A model generated the notes under the pieces. It was not told where the DNA came from. It made no database searches and saw nothing but the letters and a program-made list of their open reading frames with translations. From positions 620,001 to 684,000 of the forward strand of contig NIVC01000376.1 of NCBI GenBank assembly GCA_002269645.1: a stretch of DNA of 64,000 nucleotides, in the 5' to 3' direction. A program made the position numbers and the translations under genes. Numbering within the stretch: position 1 is the first letter of the stretch; every line of letters begins with the position of its first letter. This DNA comes from Macrostomum lignano (Eukaryota). This document shows, piece by piece, positions 25,166 to 39,900 of the stretch.

Positions 25166-25834
25166 GATATTAGATAAATCTACAAAGCTATAGTTAGATT
25201 AAAAATGCATTGGTTGTTAGCTAAAGACACACCTTAAACAAAAAATCATAAGAACTATCTATATACTCAAATACCTTTCCGCCCAAAGAGGCATGCTGGA
25301 ATGGCGCAATAAAATATAATATAAAACATCATTTTACTGTGAAGACCATCAATTTCGTACCTTTTTCATTTGTTAAGGAATTTTCGGTTAACAATTCACA
25401 ATTCAGCACATTAGGCGTCTCTAAGAATCGTGCATATATTTGAATAATTTAGCAAGCTAATTTAACTTAAGTTTCGCCTCTGATCCGCGTTCAGTGATAA
25501 ATTTTCGAACTTGCTGAAATTTCTTTGCTGTGCCAGAAATTCTGTACAGAAATGCAGACCGTAGGGCCACTTTTGCTCTGGATTTCGGACACTCAACTCG
25601 GTTTTAAACAGCTTGGATACGGGCCATATCTGCGAATTAATAAATATATGAATGATGTCCCGCGGGGCTGGCAGTAAAAACCGGTCTTTGTGGTCGTGCG
25701 CCTTGATTGTCTGCCTCATTTTTTAAACAAAATACGCAACCTTTTCCAAGGAGTCCAGGAACCGAAGTCTGGAGTGCCGAAGACATGGGATGGGGCGTTT
25801 TCACAAGTCTCAATCACCTAAACCCTCTTATATA

Positions 25835-26095
25835 AGACCTAAACTTTAAAAGACCTAAAATTCATAAGAAGACTTAAATAAGACCTAAACTTTATAAGAC
25901 CTAAACTTCATGAGACCTAAACTTCATGAGACCTAAACTTCATGAGACCTAAACTTCATGAGATCTCAGCTTCATAAGGCCTAAACTTCATGAGATCTCA
26001 GCTTCATAAGGCCTAAACTTCATGAGATCTCAGCTTCATAAGGCCTAAACTTCATGAGATCTCAGCTTCATAAGGCCTAAACTTCATGAGATCTA
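25835..26095. repeat. 16-bp repeat (ACCTAAACTTCATGAG) grading into a 32-bp dimer
   Basis: Visible periodicity. Confidence 0.9.
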
Positions 26096-26759
26096 GACTT
26101 TTAATTGAAGATTTGATATTTTGGCTTCAGTTTTCATAGTATATTAATACCCATAATATAAGAGCTTATAGCTGTTATTTGAAGGTCATGGTATGGCTAT
26201 ATTGGCCCACTGTTCTAGCTTGGTACGCTTTGCCCTAGGACCTAATATGTAATGGACCCTCAAAAATGGAGTTATGATAACTTCAGTAAAATATGAATAG
26301 GATAAACTCGCGTATCTTCCTTTGTGTGCATTGTGAGTCACCCCACCTATCCCCAGGGGAACCCTGGTTCAGTTTGCTCACTTACAATTTATAATATTAT
26401 TTTTTGCCGTTCTAATTTTCATAGAATATTTTAACTTCAATTTTTAATCTCTTTTTTTTAGCTAAACAAAATGTGTATTTGTTAGCGCCGATGCAGGAAA
26501 TGGGGGCGGTCAAAATTGCTGCGGTTTTTAAGTAACAGCCTGCAAAGTTTTTCTTTTTTGCTCTTTCTGTTTAATACTTTTGCGCAGAAATCGGGACTTC
26601 GGCTTATTCATTTTGGCCCGTTCGGCTGAGGTGGGGCTGTCCAGTCTCTGGGCCTGGGCAATGGCGGTCTAAGCAAGAGAAAACAAAGAGGAGAGGATGC
26701 AATTCTTGTTGCCATTGCTTTTAAATGTACTCGCTGGGCGCTGAAGTTTTACGGATTTG

Positions 26760-27185
26760 GAGTGCTGTAATTGGAGTGCTTTTTTAGGTGTGTTTTTAAA
26801 GAAGTGCTTTTAATGGGAGTGCCTTTATGGGAGTGATTTTATAGGAGTGCTTTTATGGGGTGCTTTTATGGGAGTGCTTTTATGAGAGTGCTTTTATAGG
26901 AGTGTTTTTGGGAGTTCTGAAATAGGAGTTCTGTAATGTGAATGCTATCATGGGAGTGCTGTAATAGGTGTGCTGTAATGGGTGTGCTGTAATGGGTGTG
27001 CTGTAATGGGTGTGCTGTAATGGGTGTGCTGTAATGGGTGTGCTGTAATGGGTGTGCTGTAATGGGTGTGCTGTAATGGGTGTGCTGTAATGGGTGTGCT
27101 GTAATGGGTGTGCTGTAATGGGCGTGCTGTAATGGGTGTGCTGTAATGGGTGTGCATTTATGGGAGAGTTGTAATGGAAGTGCTA
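26760..27185. repeat. 14-bp minisatellite (TGCTGTAATGGGTG) with degenerate flanks
   Basis: Pure core ~26970-27155. Confidence 0.93.
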
Positions 27186-28450
27186 TAATGTACTGAAATG
27201 AAATGCTATAAATGCACGCGGTTTTTTCTGGGTGGTGCTGCACATGGGGCATTGCAAATGCATAAAATGCGCTTTCAGAACGGGCGGTCCAAGTTGCAGT
27301 CTGGAAGAACTGAAGACTTCAAACCCCAACTCAACTATCTGATATAGATCTTTCACAAAAATCATGCTTTTTTTCTTCGATTGAATTTATGGCTTTGATT
27401 TACACAGGATTGCTCTTATCATTAATTCCATATGGGTGTTCCCCTATGCCGCTTCATCCCCAGCATCCCCCAGATGCACTTAGCAGTTCAGTCTGTTCAC
27501 CTCGGTGTGGCAGCCAGATGATGCTCTGCTGCTGGGGGCTCGGGCGCGACCCCCCATACTTGCTTGACTTCAGGTGCGGGATTTCAGATTGCGGCCGTTT
27601 GTTACAAAAAGGCCACTTCTGTTGTGCGACCACCGCTGCTGCTGCAGCAAGAACCCGTACCCCCAATCTACTGGAAAAAGAGACACATTCGAAATTCGAG
27701 AGCTACTTTTTTGAAAGGCGCGGACGGAAGCTTCATCAGTCAGAATCCTTTCTGCGCCATGGATTTCTAATAAGTTTAATGTCTGGATTGGAAAATTGAA
27801 CAAAAAGCGCTTCTTTTTCGGCCCCTATCCGGATCCTGTAAACCTTAGAGTCCCTGGTCCCAGAGCCGCTCCCATGGCCCTCCCTGTCCTCTCCGCTACA
27901 GGCTTTTAACTCGGATGTCGCGTGCCCCCCTGCGTCATCTCCCGCATTAGAAACTGGGTGTAAACACAGGGTTGGGTAAAGTCTGTACAGGTTACAGCAT
28001 TCCCTGCTCCCTACCTGAAATCCCCTCCACCGCGCTTACCCCCCGCGGGGGTCCTCGCCACTTTGCCAATAGCGGACCTGTGGGGCTCCTGGGGGGGGGG
28101 CTGTTGGTGGTTTAAACAAGTAGAAATTCGGACCAGGAATTGCTTTCTGGCTTTGTAACGCCAGGGTCGCCCGGACACCGGCACGGCTGTGTTGGATATC
28201 CCGAAACCCAAACAGGCTGCGGTTTATTGCAAGCAGGTGAATAAATTTCCCCTTCACTTGGGGGGGGGGGTTGGATTAAATGGCCGCCGACAGTCCCTCG
28301 GGCCTCCGTGGTCTCTAGCCAAGTTATTTTTCGAGTTTTACTTCGACATAACCAAAAAGGATATCTCCAAGAATCAACTGCAGCCCGGGAGAAGACAAAT
28401 TTCTAGCATTGGGGTGTCTTCGAGTTTTTCTGATTCTATTAATAGATGTC

Positions 28451-28728
28451 CTCGATCGAACAGCTTGGGAGTCCCTTGATCGAACAGCTTGGGAGTCCCT
28501 TGATCGAACAGCTTGGGAGTCCCTTGATCGAACAGCTTGGGAGTCCCTTGATCGAACAGCCAGACAGTCCCTTGATCGAACAGCCAGGCAGTCCCTTGAT
28601 CGAACAGCTTGGGAGTCCCTTGATCGAACAGCCAGACAATCCCTTGTTCGAACAGCCAGACAATCCCTTGATCCAACAGCCAGACAGTCCCTTGATCGAA
28701 CAGCCAGACAGTCCCTTGATCGAACAGT
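28451..28728. repeat. 24-bp minisatellite (CTTGATCGAACAGCTTGGGAGTCC) x ~11.5
   Basis: Clear period. Confidence 0.95.
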
Positions 28729-29599
28729 CATATAACCTGGAATAGCAAAGGCGATATTGGCTCACACTAACATGCGAGGAGGGCACAGCTTATAGAAATT
28801 TCAAGTATGGGCGGAGCCAAGCTGAGAGCATGGGGAAGGGAGAGACGCGGCCCTCGAATCCGCGCGGGTTTACTCACTGTGTCCGCGTGATCTAATAATA
28901 AGAGCCACTTAACGAGACGGCAGGTGTGGCTTTCGCTCTCCGTAGGCGAGTGACTCAATACCGTAGATATCAAGCAGGCGATAGAGAATGGAACTATAGC
29001 GGTCTCCTAGCGGCCACTCGCTCCGTTTCTCAACAACAGTTTTAACCTCCGGACCCGGTTGACTGCAGCCAATTTTAGGCTTCATTGTTGAGAATTGAAT
29101 AGCAACTCGCAGTTTTACCACAGCGCGGAGGTGGGAGAATGAGTTGGAAACACTGTTGCTTTGAAGAATGGGGTGAGTCCTGTCGAGGAAGCGTGTATGG
29201 GGAAATGAAGTTGAGGAGTTTTACAACCAAGCAGTTCTGGGAACCCCCCCCCCTAGAGACCAACCTCGCCGTGTGCCTTAAAACTGTGTGAAATTGTCAA
29301 TCAAAGAGCCAGTCTTGATTGACAGCTGGGCAGGTAAGGGGGAGTTTGGCCCGCTGCATCTCCCTAGCCAGGTGAAGCGAAAGCAGACTCAGGAAATGAG
29401 TAGGAGGGAGGCAGCGCTCCTCAGCCAAAAAAAGAAATGTTTAAGTTTTGCAGAAATTTCCCAATACTTCGGCGTTGCATGGCTGAACTCTCAGCTGGTT
29501 TGCTAGCAAAATCACCCGGAGCAGTCAGGAACGGTTGGCATATTTAAATTATTTTAAAATTTCCCAAAAGCAGCCTTGTTGATTAGCCTTCTACTGTGC

Positions 29600-30215
29600 C
29601 TGACCCCCCTCTAAATCCCCTGACCCCTTCTAATTACTCTGACCCCTTCCAGTTTCCCTGACCACTTCTTGTTCCCCTGACCCCTTCTAGTTTCCCTGAC
29701 CCTTCCAGTTCCCCTGACCCCTTCTAGTTCCCCTGACCCCTTCTAGTTTCCCTGACCCCTTCTAGTTCCCCTGACCCCTTCTAGTTCCCCTGACCCCTTC
29801 TAGTTTCCCTGACCCTTCCAGTTCCCCTGACCCCTTCTAGTTCCCCTGACCCCTTCTAGTTTCCCTGACCCCTTCTAGTTTCCCTGACCCTTCCAGTTCC
29901 CCTGACCCCTTCTAGTTCCCCTGACCCCTTCTAGTTTCCCTGACCCTTCCAGTTCCCCTGACCCCTTCTAGTTTCCCTGACCCTTCCAGTTCCCCTGACC
30001 CCTTCTAGTTTCCCTGACCCTTCCAGTTCCCCTGACCCCTTCTAGTTCCCCTGACCCTTCCAGTTCCCCTGACCCCTTCTAGTTCCTCTGACCCCTTCTA
30101 GTTCCCCTGACCCCTTCCGGTTCCCCTGACCCCTTCTAGTTCCCTTGACCCCTTCTAGTTCCCTTGACCTCTTCTAGTTCCCCTGACCCCTTCTAGTTCC
30201 CCTGACCCCTTCTAG
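29600..30215. repeat. 18-19-bp C-rich minisatellite (TTCCCCTGACCCCTTCTAG) x ~32
   Basis: Clear period; minus strand has two G3-4 tracts per unit. Confidence 0.95.
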
Positions 30216-30894
30216 CACCCGAGCTTAGTCAACAATCTGACAACAATCTAACATCTAGCTTAGCAAAACAATTTAGTCAGGTTTTTTACCACAGCTACCA
30301 AATCCGCTGTCTCCAGTGTCTGATTCAATACACTGTGCTAGCGCCAAGCCCACCAGTCGGTATAAGCCAGCGCTGTTAGTCAGACCGGCTGGCAGGCAGA
30401 CAGGCAGACAAGACGTCGTCAGTTCCTGCCTAGACGGGTGGATTGGCGACGCTGTCTGCCCCCCCTCTCTTCTTCCCCGAGGCTTCGCCAGCCAGCCGCG
30501 GCTGCTGCAGCGACCGTCAGGCAGGCAGACAGAGGCGGAGTCTCCCAGTCCACAAGCAGAGCTCAGCCAGCTCTCATTGAATTCAAGAAGAAGCCAACTT
30601 CTTCTCCAGAAAGGCCCCCCTTGCGTGCACGCAAGCTAACCGGCCCACATGATAGCTAAAGGGGATTTAGCAGCACGATAATAATATAACAACACAGAGA
30701 TTGGTTGGATAATGCCAGCCCTCTCTGACCTCCAGCGAACACGCGCTACCGCATTGGCATTAAAAGACCAATTATTAGATAACAATAGTAATATGAATAA
30801 TAATAATGATGGGGAAGAAAAGTTGAGAATAAAATTCCTCGCAACGTTCAAAGCCAGAAGACGGGAGTTATAATAAATGACAGAACAGACAACA

Positions 30895-31210
30895 GACAAG
30901 ACAGTGAATGATTGAGTGACAAAACAGTGAATGATTGAGTGACAAAACAGTGAATGATTGAGTGACAAGACAGTGAATGATTGAGTGACAAGACAGTGAA
31001 TGATAGAAAGACACGACAGTGAATGAGAGAGCCAGCCAGAGTGACAAGACAGTGTTTGAGAGAGTGAAAAGCAAGTGAATGAGAGAGCCAGCCAGAGTGA
31101 CAAGACAGTGTTTGAGGGAGTGAAAAGCGAGTGAATGAGAGAGCCAGCCAGAGTGACAAGACAGTGAATGAGAGAGTGAAAAGCGAGTGAATGAGAGAGC
31201 CAGGCAGAGT
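30895..31210. repeat. 23-bp repeat (GTGAATGATTGAGTGACAAGACA) evolving into a 56-bp compound unit
   Basis: GTGAATGAGAGAGCC recurs at 31019 and 31075. Confidence 0.88.
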
Positions 31211-32117
31211 GACAGAGCTGGTGATCCCGCAGGAATGCGGACGCAGCTAAAAGCCGGTCGCTAATGGATCTGCAGACACAACCATAGACTTGACTGATCT
31301 GTGGCCAGCCACTCAATGCTTGGTATTATAACCATCCACTTTCAGCCACGGGCCGCGCCGTCCTCTCCCCGCCCACGCTCCCCAATTCTATCCGCTGTAA
31401 AAGCAAACCAATTGACCTGTTTGCCCGGCCCAATACAAATGTATATACATACTTATCGGGAGAAAAAAACACAGAATCCCGGGTCAAAAGCGTTTCCAGC
31501 ATCTAATGGCTGGCAATTTTGCCCATTGGCATCCCAGAAAATTCTCCTCTTTGACTTTAAAATCCCGGGATATCGAGGGTAAAAAGCGCCAATGTGACGG
31601 CGCTTGCAACTCGAGATTCGAGTTCTCCGACACATGTTGCAGTCAGTTCCCTGGCTCTGGGATTGGCGAAGTGGCTTAAAGCGTTTTTTAAATCGCCCGA
31701 GCCTCAGTCGCCACGCCATTGGGTGCCGGGACAGAGCCAGCGATCCATTGGACACAAAACTTGCCATTAAACAGTTTTCTTCTCCAAAGCCGAAGCCAAG
31801 CCATGCTCGAGGATTTTTGTCTTTGCAGGCTTTTTTGTTCCCCTAGTAGAAAGCCAATTTTCATCCCTGAACTGCCGCAGGAGTTGCTGCCCTGATTGGC
31901 AGCTGAAAATAAAAGCAAAACTGCATTTAATTTCAGTTCTTGTTACAACTACAACGAAGTCAGACGAAACTATTCCATGGCTGCAACTGCAATCTGCCAG
32001 CTTTTTTGCTGCTGAGAACTGCTTCTAGAAGAGACTAGTCCGGAAACACTTCCTCTACGGTAGGTAAGCTCTTTCCAATGGCTCAAGTAAATCTGATTGA
32101 TGGACGATGCATTAGAT

Positions 32118-32772
<655 letters not shown>

Positions 32773-33163
32773 GAGGTAAAATCCACCAGGGCGAACCAGC
32801 ATCGGATTCTGTCCAAAAGCCCAACAACATTAATGATACTCGTCGCAGTGAACTGAAAGTTTCTAACTTTCTGTGCCAGAAAAACTTTTATTCTCTTGTT
32901 TGTTTTCTCCTAAGACGCGAAATCGGCAAGATTAGTCATCTCTGTTGCATTTCTTACCGTCTTGTTTAAATGCGCATTTCCCGCGGCCTTTACAGCGGTC
33001 TCTTTAACACGATGAAAATATTCTGGCCAAGAAATGTAGCTCGTTAATTTTTTAAATTCGAAATTTTCCAATAGGACGCCGCAAGGTTGCTGATGAAGGT
33101 TACAATAGTTGGCTTATTCAGCATCCTCGGCCTCACCTTCAGTGGAATTGTGAAGCTATGCAA

Positions 33164-33522
<359 letters not shown>

Positions 33523-33989
33523 ACTCTGTTAGCTGCGCTAAAGCTCCCCCTCCCCCTAGAAGAGCCGGTTGCGCAATCAGCTTTGGCAGAAAAAAGCACA
33601 TTAAGTGAGGAGCCGTGTTTCTGTTTAAAAAAAGTCCTGTGGCCCAACGGCAGCAGCCATAGAAGATCTGAGGTCCCAACTCAAGTGGCTCCCTAGCCTC
33701 TCGGAGCTGCTGCATGCGATTCTGTATCAATTTTTCCCTTCCCCACTTCCATTTTGTCGCTCAATATTTCGCTGAAGTTGCCGAGAATAAAAGCCGCACC
33801 AGCCGATCGATGCTGGTGCGAAAGAAATCGAAGCAAAAAAAACGCGATTGCGTAATCATCGCCGGATGCCGGTGGGCCAGGGGTGGGGGAATGATGGCGG
33901 CTTAGGAATCCAGAGATGTGCCAGTGGATTTAAGCTCGAGCACTGAATACAGGTTTGAACGCTTCCGTCTGCCTGCCAGTCTTCTTAAG

Positions 33990-34400
33990 CCTAAGTGTCT
34001 GTCTTGGTGTGTCTTGTTGTCTGTCTTAGTGTATCTTCTTGTCTGTCTTAGTGTGTCTTGTTGTCTGTCTTAGTGTATCTTCTTGTCTGTCTTGATGTGT
34101 CTTGTTGTCTGTCTTGATGCGTCTTGGTGTTTGTCTTTGTGTCGGTTTTAGTGTGTCTGGTTGTCTGTCTTAGTGTGTCTTCTTGTCTGTCTAAGTGTGT
34201 CTTGTTGTCTGTCTTAGTGTGTCTTGTTGTCTGTCTTAGTGTATCTTCTTGTCTGTCTTGATGTGTCTTGTTGTCTGTCTTGATGCGTCTTGGTGTTTGT
34301 CTTTGTGTCGGTTTTAGTGTGTCTGGTTGTCTGTCTTAGTGTGTCTTCTTGTCTGTCTAAGTGTATCTTGTTGTCTGTCTTAGTGTGTCTTGTTGTCTTG
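33990..34400. repeat. Degenerate 22-bp TG-rich minisatellite (TGTCTTGTTGTCTGTCTTAGTG) with ~166-bp duplication
   Basis: GATGCGTCTTGG recurs at 34116 and 34282. Confidence 0.88.
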
Positions 34401-35179
34401 TGTCATTCTGTCAATTTATCTTAGTGTCTGCCTGCCTGGTGCTAATGCAGACAAATCTCATGCCTCATGTCTCATGTCGGGCTGACGCCAGACGATACCC
34501 CGCTGGCAGCCTCGCAGCTCGCCTAGCCCCGCAGACGAGCAGTCTCAGCGGAGAGTCTGAGAAAAGTCGCGGCGGCTGTGTGACGGCTGTCAGTCAAACA
34601 GAAATTTGCGCTCCTTCTCGCCCAACCTCAGTTCCTCCGTTACGCTGCGGTGCATCCTGTCCGAAAAATTGAGAGAAAAATGATTTCATTTCCTCACTTT
34701 CTCCCAATCAGCTTTCAGTGACTCAGCGCTAAAGACACTCCTTGCCTCCCTTGCATGAGCTGGCGAGAGCTGCCCTCTCCACCCCCCCCCAGATCGTTTC
34801 CGCGCACCCAGAACAATGGCAGGGGAATCTCGTCCTCTGATTGACAGACAGATACGCCTCCTACTCCAGCGGGCACTGACTCACTTTGCTCCAACGATGT
34901 CTCCAAGAGCAGCCGCAGTCGCAGAGCATGGCCCTGTCAATTAACCCTCACGGTGGGCAGGTGTTGGGCTGTTGTTCACTGATTTAATTTGGTAGGTTGG
35001 GTTGGAGGGGGTTGTGGTCGTCTCCAAGTGTATGGTCCGTTGTTGTCCATTCACAAATTCGACAATTGCTATTGTGATTGGCACCCGTGATTGAGGCCAT
35101 AAAACAGTAATGAAGCATAGTAATATTTTCCTCAAAGATTTGGCCGACTTTTATTCATATGCACATACGGCACCCTCTG

Positions 35180-36190
35180 GTTCAGATGTATCTGTGTCAC
35201 CTCCTCAGGTACGGATGTATCTGTGTCACCTCCTCAGGTGCAAATGTATCTGTGTCACCTCCTCAGGTGCAGATGTATCTGTGTCACCTCCTCAGGTGCA
35301 GATGTATCTGTGTCACCATCTCAGGTACAAATGTATCTGTGTCACCTCCTCAGGTACAAATGTATCTGTGTCACCTCCTCAGGTACAAATGTACCTGTGT
35401 CACCTCCTCAGGTGCGGATGTATCTGTGTCACCTCCTTAGGTGCAGATGTATCTGTGTCACCTCCTCAGGTACAAATGTATCTGTGTCACCTCCTCAGGT
35501 ACGGATGTATCTGTGTCACCTCCTCAGGTACATATGTATCTGTGTCACCTCCTCAGGTACAAATGTATCTGTGTCACCTCCTCAGGTACAAATGTATCTG
35601 TGTCACCTCCTCAGGTGCAGATGTACCTGTCACCTCCTCAGGTACAAATTTATCTGTGTCACCTCCTCAGGTACAAATGTATCTGTGTCACCTCCTCAGG
35701 TACAAATGTATCTGTGTCACCTCCTCAGGTACAAATGTACCTGTGTCACCTCCTCAGGTACAAATGTACCTGTGTCACCTCCTTAGGTGCAGATGTATCT
35801 GTGTCACCTCCTCAGGTACAAATGTATCTGTGTCACCTCCTCAGGTACAAATGTATCTGTGTCACCTCCTCAGGTACAAATGTACCTGTGTCACCTCCTC
35901 AGGTGCGGATGTATCTGTGTCACCTCCTTAGGTGCAGATGTATCTGTGTCACCTCCTCAGGTACAAATGTATCTGTGTCACCTCCTCAGGTACAAATTTA
36001 TCTGTGTCACCTCCTCAGGTACGGATGTATCTGTGTCACCTCCTCAGGTACAAATTTATCTGTGTCACCTCCTCAGGTACATATGTATCTGTGTCACCTC
36101 CTCAGGTGCAGATGTACCTGTCACCTCCTCAGGTACAAATTTATCTGTGTCACCTCCTCAGGTACAAATGTATCTGTGTCACCTCCTTAA
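35180..36190. repeat. 29-bp minisatellite (ATGTATCTGTGTCACCTCCTCAGGTACAA) x ~35
   Basis: Clear period, ~700 bp upstream of the Ror ATG. Confidence 0.96.
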
Positions 36191-36909
36191 GTGCAAGCTG
36201 AATGTCTCTTCATAGACGAATGTCTTTGTCATATCAGGTGCAATTTAAAAGTACACCCAATCTAAAAATCATATTTATTTTTATCATTTGATTAGTTTCC
36301 CAGCTTATAGATCATACAGTAGGTGACAAATAAAAACCAGTTTTTATTGATTGAGCTAATAACAGACTCAACAAAGAGCAGCCAAAAAAATGAAGCAGTT
36401 AATTTAAACAAAATTAGACGTCCTCATTTGCTTGTTCTGCCTGGCAAACTTGCAGCAGGTCTTGAATGCGGTAAAAATAAAGTTATATTTGAGACGGGGA
36501 ATTAATTGCATTCTCGCTGAGAGAGAGAGAGAGAGATGGGGGGAGAAACTGAGTGACAGCCGGCCATTGCCTGTCGTTCAACTAAAGAACAACACGACGT
36601 GCGTGACGCGGCGGTGCTTTTGCTCTGAATAAATTATCCGCCTAAAAACTAACCAATCAGTCCTCGCTAGGAATTCCTGAGAGGCAGAACTGCGGGTCAG
36701 GGCCGGTTTGGGAGGAAAACTCGGTGGAGGCCGATGAAGGTAGACAGAGTTTCCTCTTGATGGCGCCTCAGTTCTGAGTTTGTTACAGACAAATTACCAA
36801 AACTTGTCCCATTTTTCCCCAAGAGACTCGTCCAGTGTCTCCGCATGTCCAGCGTTTTGTGTTGCACGGTCTCACCACGGTGTGCTTGGCCTCCAATTGC
36901 AGGTAGAAA

Positions 36910-39900
36910 ATGGCTTGTCGCAGCCAATCGACTCTTCTACTTCTAGCAGCCTTCTCGCACCTGCTGCTGGCCAGATCGGCGGAAGCGGCTCAAAGTTCAT
37001 CGAGCGCTGCTCTGCCTGAAATGTGAGCTGCTTTGTTAATTTTAATATTTGCCTCTGGGGCACTGGTTGGGCAATTTTAGGACATTAAAAACGGGTTTTG
37101 ACAATTTCAATAATACTATAATAATTGATTACTAATGGGCAGATGTGCAACCGACAGTTCAACCGCAGCTATTGGCGGCGCATCTGAAGGCTCAAGGACT
37201 GGGGACTGTTCAGTCCAAGGACTGGGGGGTCGCCACACACACCCTCAGTTACCCCAGCTAATGCTGGCACCCATTTTACAGCTGGGTGAACTGATGCAAT
37301 GCAAAGTTAAGTGTCTCATGGACACAAATTGTTCCGAGTGGGCCGGGAATCGAACCTCCGACCTTCAAGTCGTGAATCCAATGATCTAACCACTAGGCTG
37401 CAACCCCCCTATTCATGTTAAATTTCAAGTATGCTATTAAGGGCACTGTTAGGGACATGCTAGGAGAATCGTTTAGGGCAGTGTTGTGAAATTAATTTTC
37501 CCAGTCCATGCGGTTGCCAGGAGAGCGTCACGGAAAAGACAGGCGTTGGCTAAAATAATAATTAATATAATAAAATAAAAATCTACTCATCTTTCTCCTA
37601 TTCATAAGACAATCAAATGTTCCACAATAAAGCAACAGGGAGAGAGGTTTGGGACGGAGTCAGACTGTCGCGAGCTTGTGGCAAAAGCACCTTCATTTTT
37701 CAGCGCTCTTATGGCACTAAAAATGCCACTCTGATACGTTAACCCCAGATAGCTTAGTCAATTATATAGGAATTAAGTAATACGGCATGTAAAAGCAAGT
37801 AACGACCTCCAAATATTACTTTGCGTCTTCTCTAGCCCGGACAGTGTCCGAAGAAAACCGGACGATTTGTCCGGCCTACGCCAGTCCATCACTCTGGCCA
37901 GGGAGATTCAAAACGAGACGAAATACCTGGGCGAGCAGCTGATTATCTACTGCGACATTGTGGGTACACCGGTGCCAAACTACCAGTGGTACAAGGACGG
38001 CGCGCCACTGCCTGACGGAGGCGCTGATCGTCGGATCCGCGCCGAGGTCACTCTGTACGGGGCAGTGTGAGTTGCTTCTGCCCTGGCTTGATTTAAAATT
38101 AATCTTGGACTCTTCACTCTGATACCTCCTCTCTCGGATCCTTCTCTCTGATCCCCACTCTCGGATTCTTCTCTCTGATGCCACTCAGAGGATCCTCAGA
38201 TGCTTGCCTGTAAGGAGCATCCCGACTGTCAGTTCATAAGTGTATGCTAACTTCTTTTCTCAAAGCACCTCGGTGACAGCTATTCCGACATCGCTTCCAA
38301 ATTGCAGGCTGAGGATCCGGCAGCTCAGAGTGGCGGACTCGGGCAGCTATCGCTGCTTGGGCTCGAACCCAGCCGGCCGAGTCGACACCACCGGGTTCCT
38401 GGTTGTCTACCCAACCAGGCGACCCTCGCGTAAGGAAGGCAAAGATAAGCCGGATGCACCGTCTGACGTTGGCGGCGAGGGCGCCGAAGGAGACTCAGGA
38501 GCGGTGCAGACCGGCTTCTGCCAGCGCTTCAAACCGAACGTCTGCAGAGGATTTCTGGGCGGGCGAGACGTCTTTGTACGGTCGAATGTGTTCCAGTTTA
38601 ACAAGGAGGCCGAACTGCTGCACCGTGAGTTGTCTGGCTGTTGCTTGTTACAGCTGCTATCTGACAGAGAATGTCAACTTCTCAAAACCACCCTCAAACT
38701 GAACGGAATCTGAACTGAACTTTTCAACTCTCAAAATTGAGGCATCCAACAAATCAAAGTCTTCTGACCTTGAAAGAGGAAAAGAGAAAGAGGAAAAGTA
38801 GCCCTGTGCAATCCTGTGCAATCCTGTGCAATCCTGTGCAATCCTGTGCAATCCTATGCAATGATACTGCGAACAACCAACTCCATTGCAGAGCCTTAAT
38901 TTAGGACATGATGAAATTCCGAAATTCCTCAAATTCATTCCCAGGGGCTACAAGACAGGGGTCACATGGGATGCTTTGCGCTTCGTTGTTTTGATCTCGT
39001 GCTCCATTTCAATGCCTAAATGAACAGCACCATTCAAAGCGTTAAAAATAAATAAAAAACTACCTAAGAGTTAAATACGACCCAGAAGGTTATCCACATC
39101 TCTCCATTGTCTTTTCACTCGCATCGCAGTGCTACAACGAATGGCGGACATAGTGAACGACACCCAGTGCACCCAGCCCGTCATGGAGACCCTGTGCCGA
39201 TACAATTTTCCCGAGTGCCATCGACCGGTTTCCCCTGATGGCGCCGAGATTTTGGCGCCAATACCGCGGCGCCTGTGCCGAACCGACTGCGAGAAAGTGA
39301 CTCAGCACTGGTGCCGTGAGAACTTCGAGAAACTGCGAGCGAGCTTTAGCTACTACCAGGAGAACACCCACTCAGACATTGGTGAGAAATTTTCTAGCAC
39401 AGAAGGAGTGCATTGTAGTCTTCTTTGAATTTGACTGCTCAACCTGCTCTCATTGCAGACTATCTGGGGCTGCTGCCCAACTGTGCGGCGCTGCCCGCCG
39501 AGACCACTCTGTGCGTCAGTCTGGCGCCGGAGCTGCAGTCGACTACTTCGCCGCCTCAGCTGCCTCAAACGTCAACACGCAGCAGGCCAGCTGTCCAAGA
39601 CTGCTACAACGCCAGCGATGCCACAGGCTATCGTGGACCGGCCGCGCGTAGTCGCTCCGGTCGCGTCTGCCTACCGTGGAGCCTCGTGCCCGGCTACGGA
39701 GCCCTTGGCGACCACAACCAGTGCCGCAGCCTGCCCGTTGCTGGCCCGTCTCTGGGGGTCGCCGGGTCCGCGGCAACTCCGCCGCCACCGCCGCCGCCCT
39801 GGTGCTTCGTGTCCGGCGCGGGCGAATGGGAGGACTGCGGCCTGCCGCCCTGCTCGCAGCCGCCGCAGCCTCCACCGGCGCGACCAGTTTTCCCCAATAC

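Noticed and set aside
30316-30659. GC-rich ORFs in the desert (also 27389-27799, 34361-34672)
   Set aside because: No recognisable domain, ATG start or consistent splice partners; more likely non-coding islands.
37110-37407. A/B boxes as a tRNA gene
   Set aside because: No complete cloverleaf; the head is fused to a repeated body and tail, so it is a SINE.
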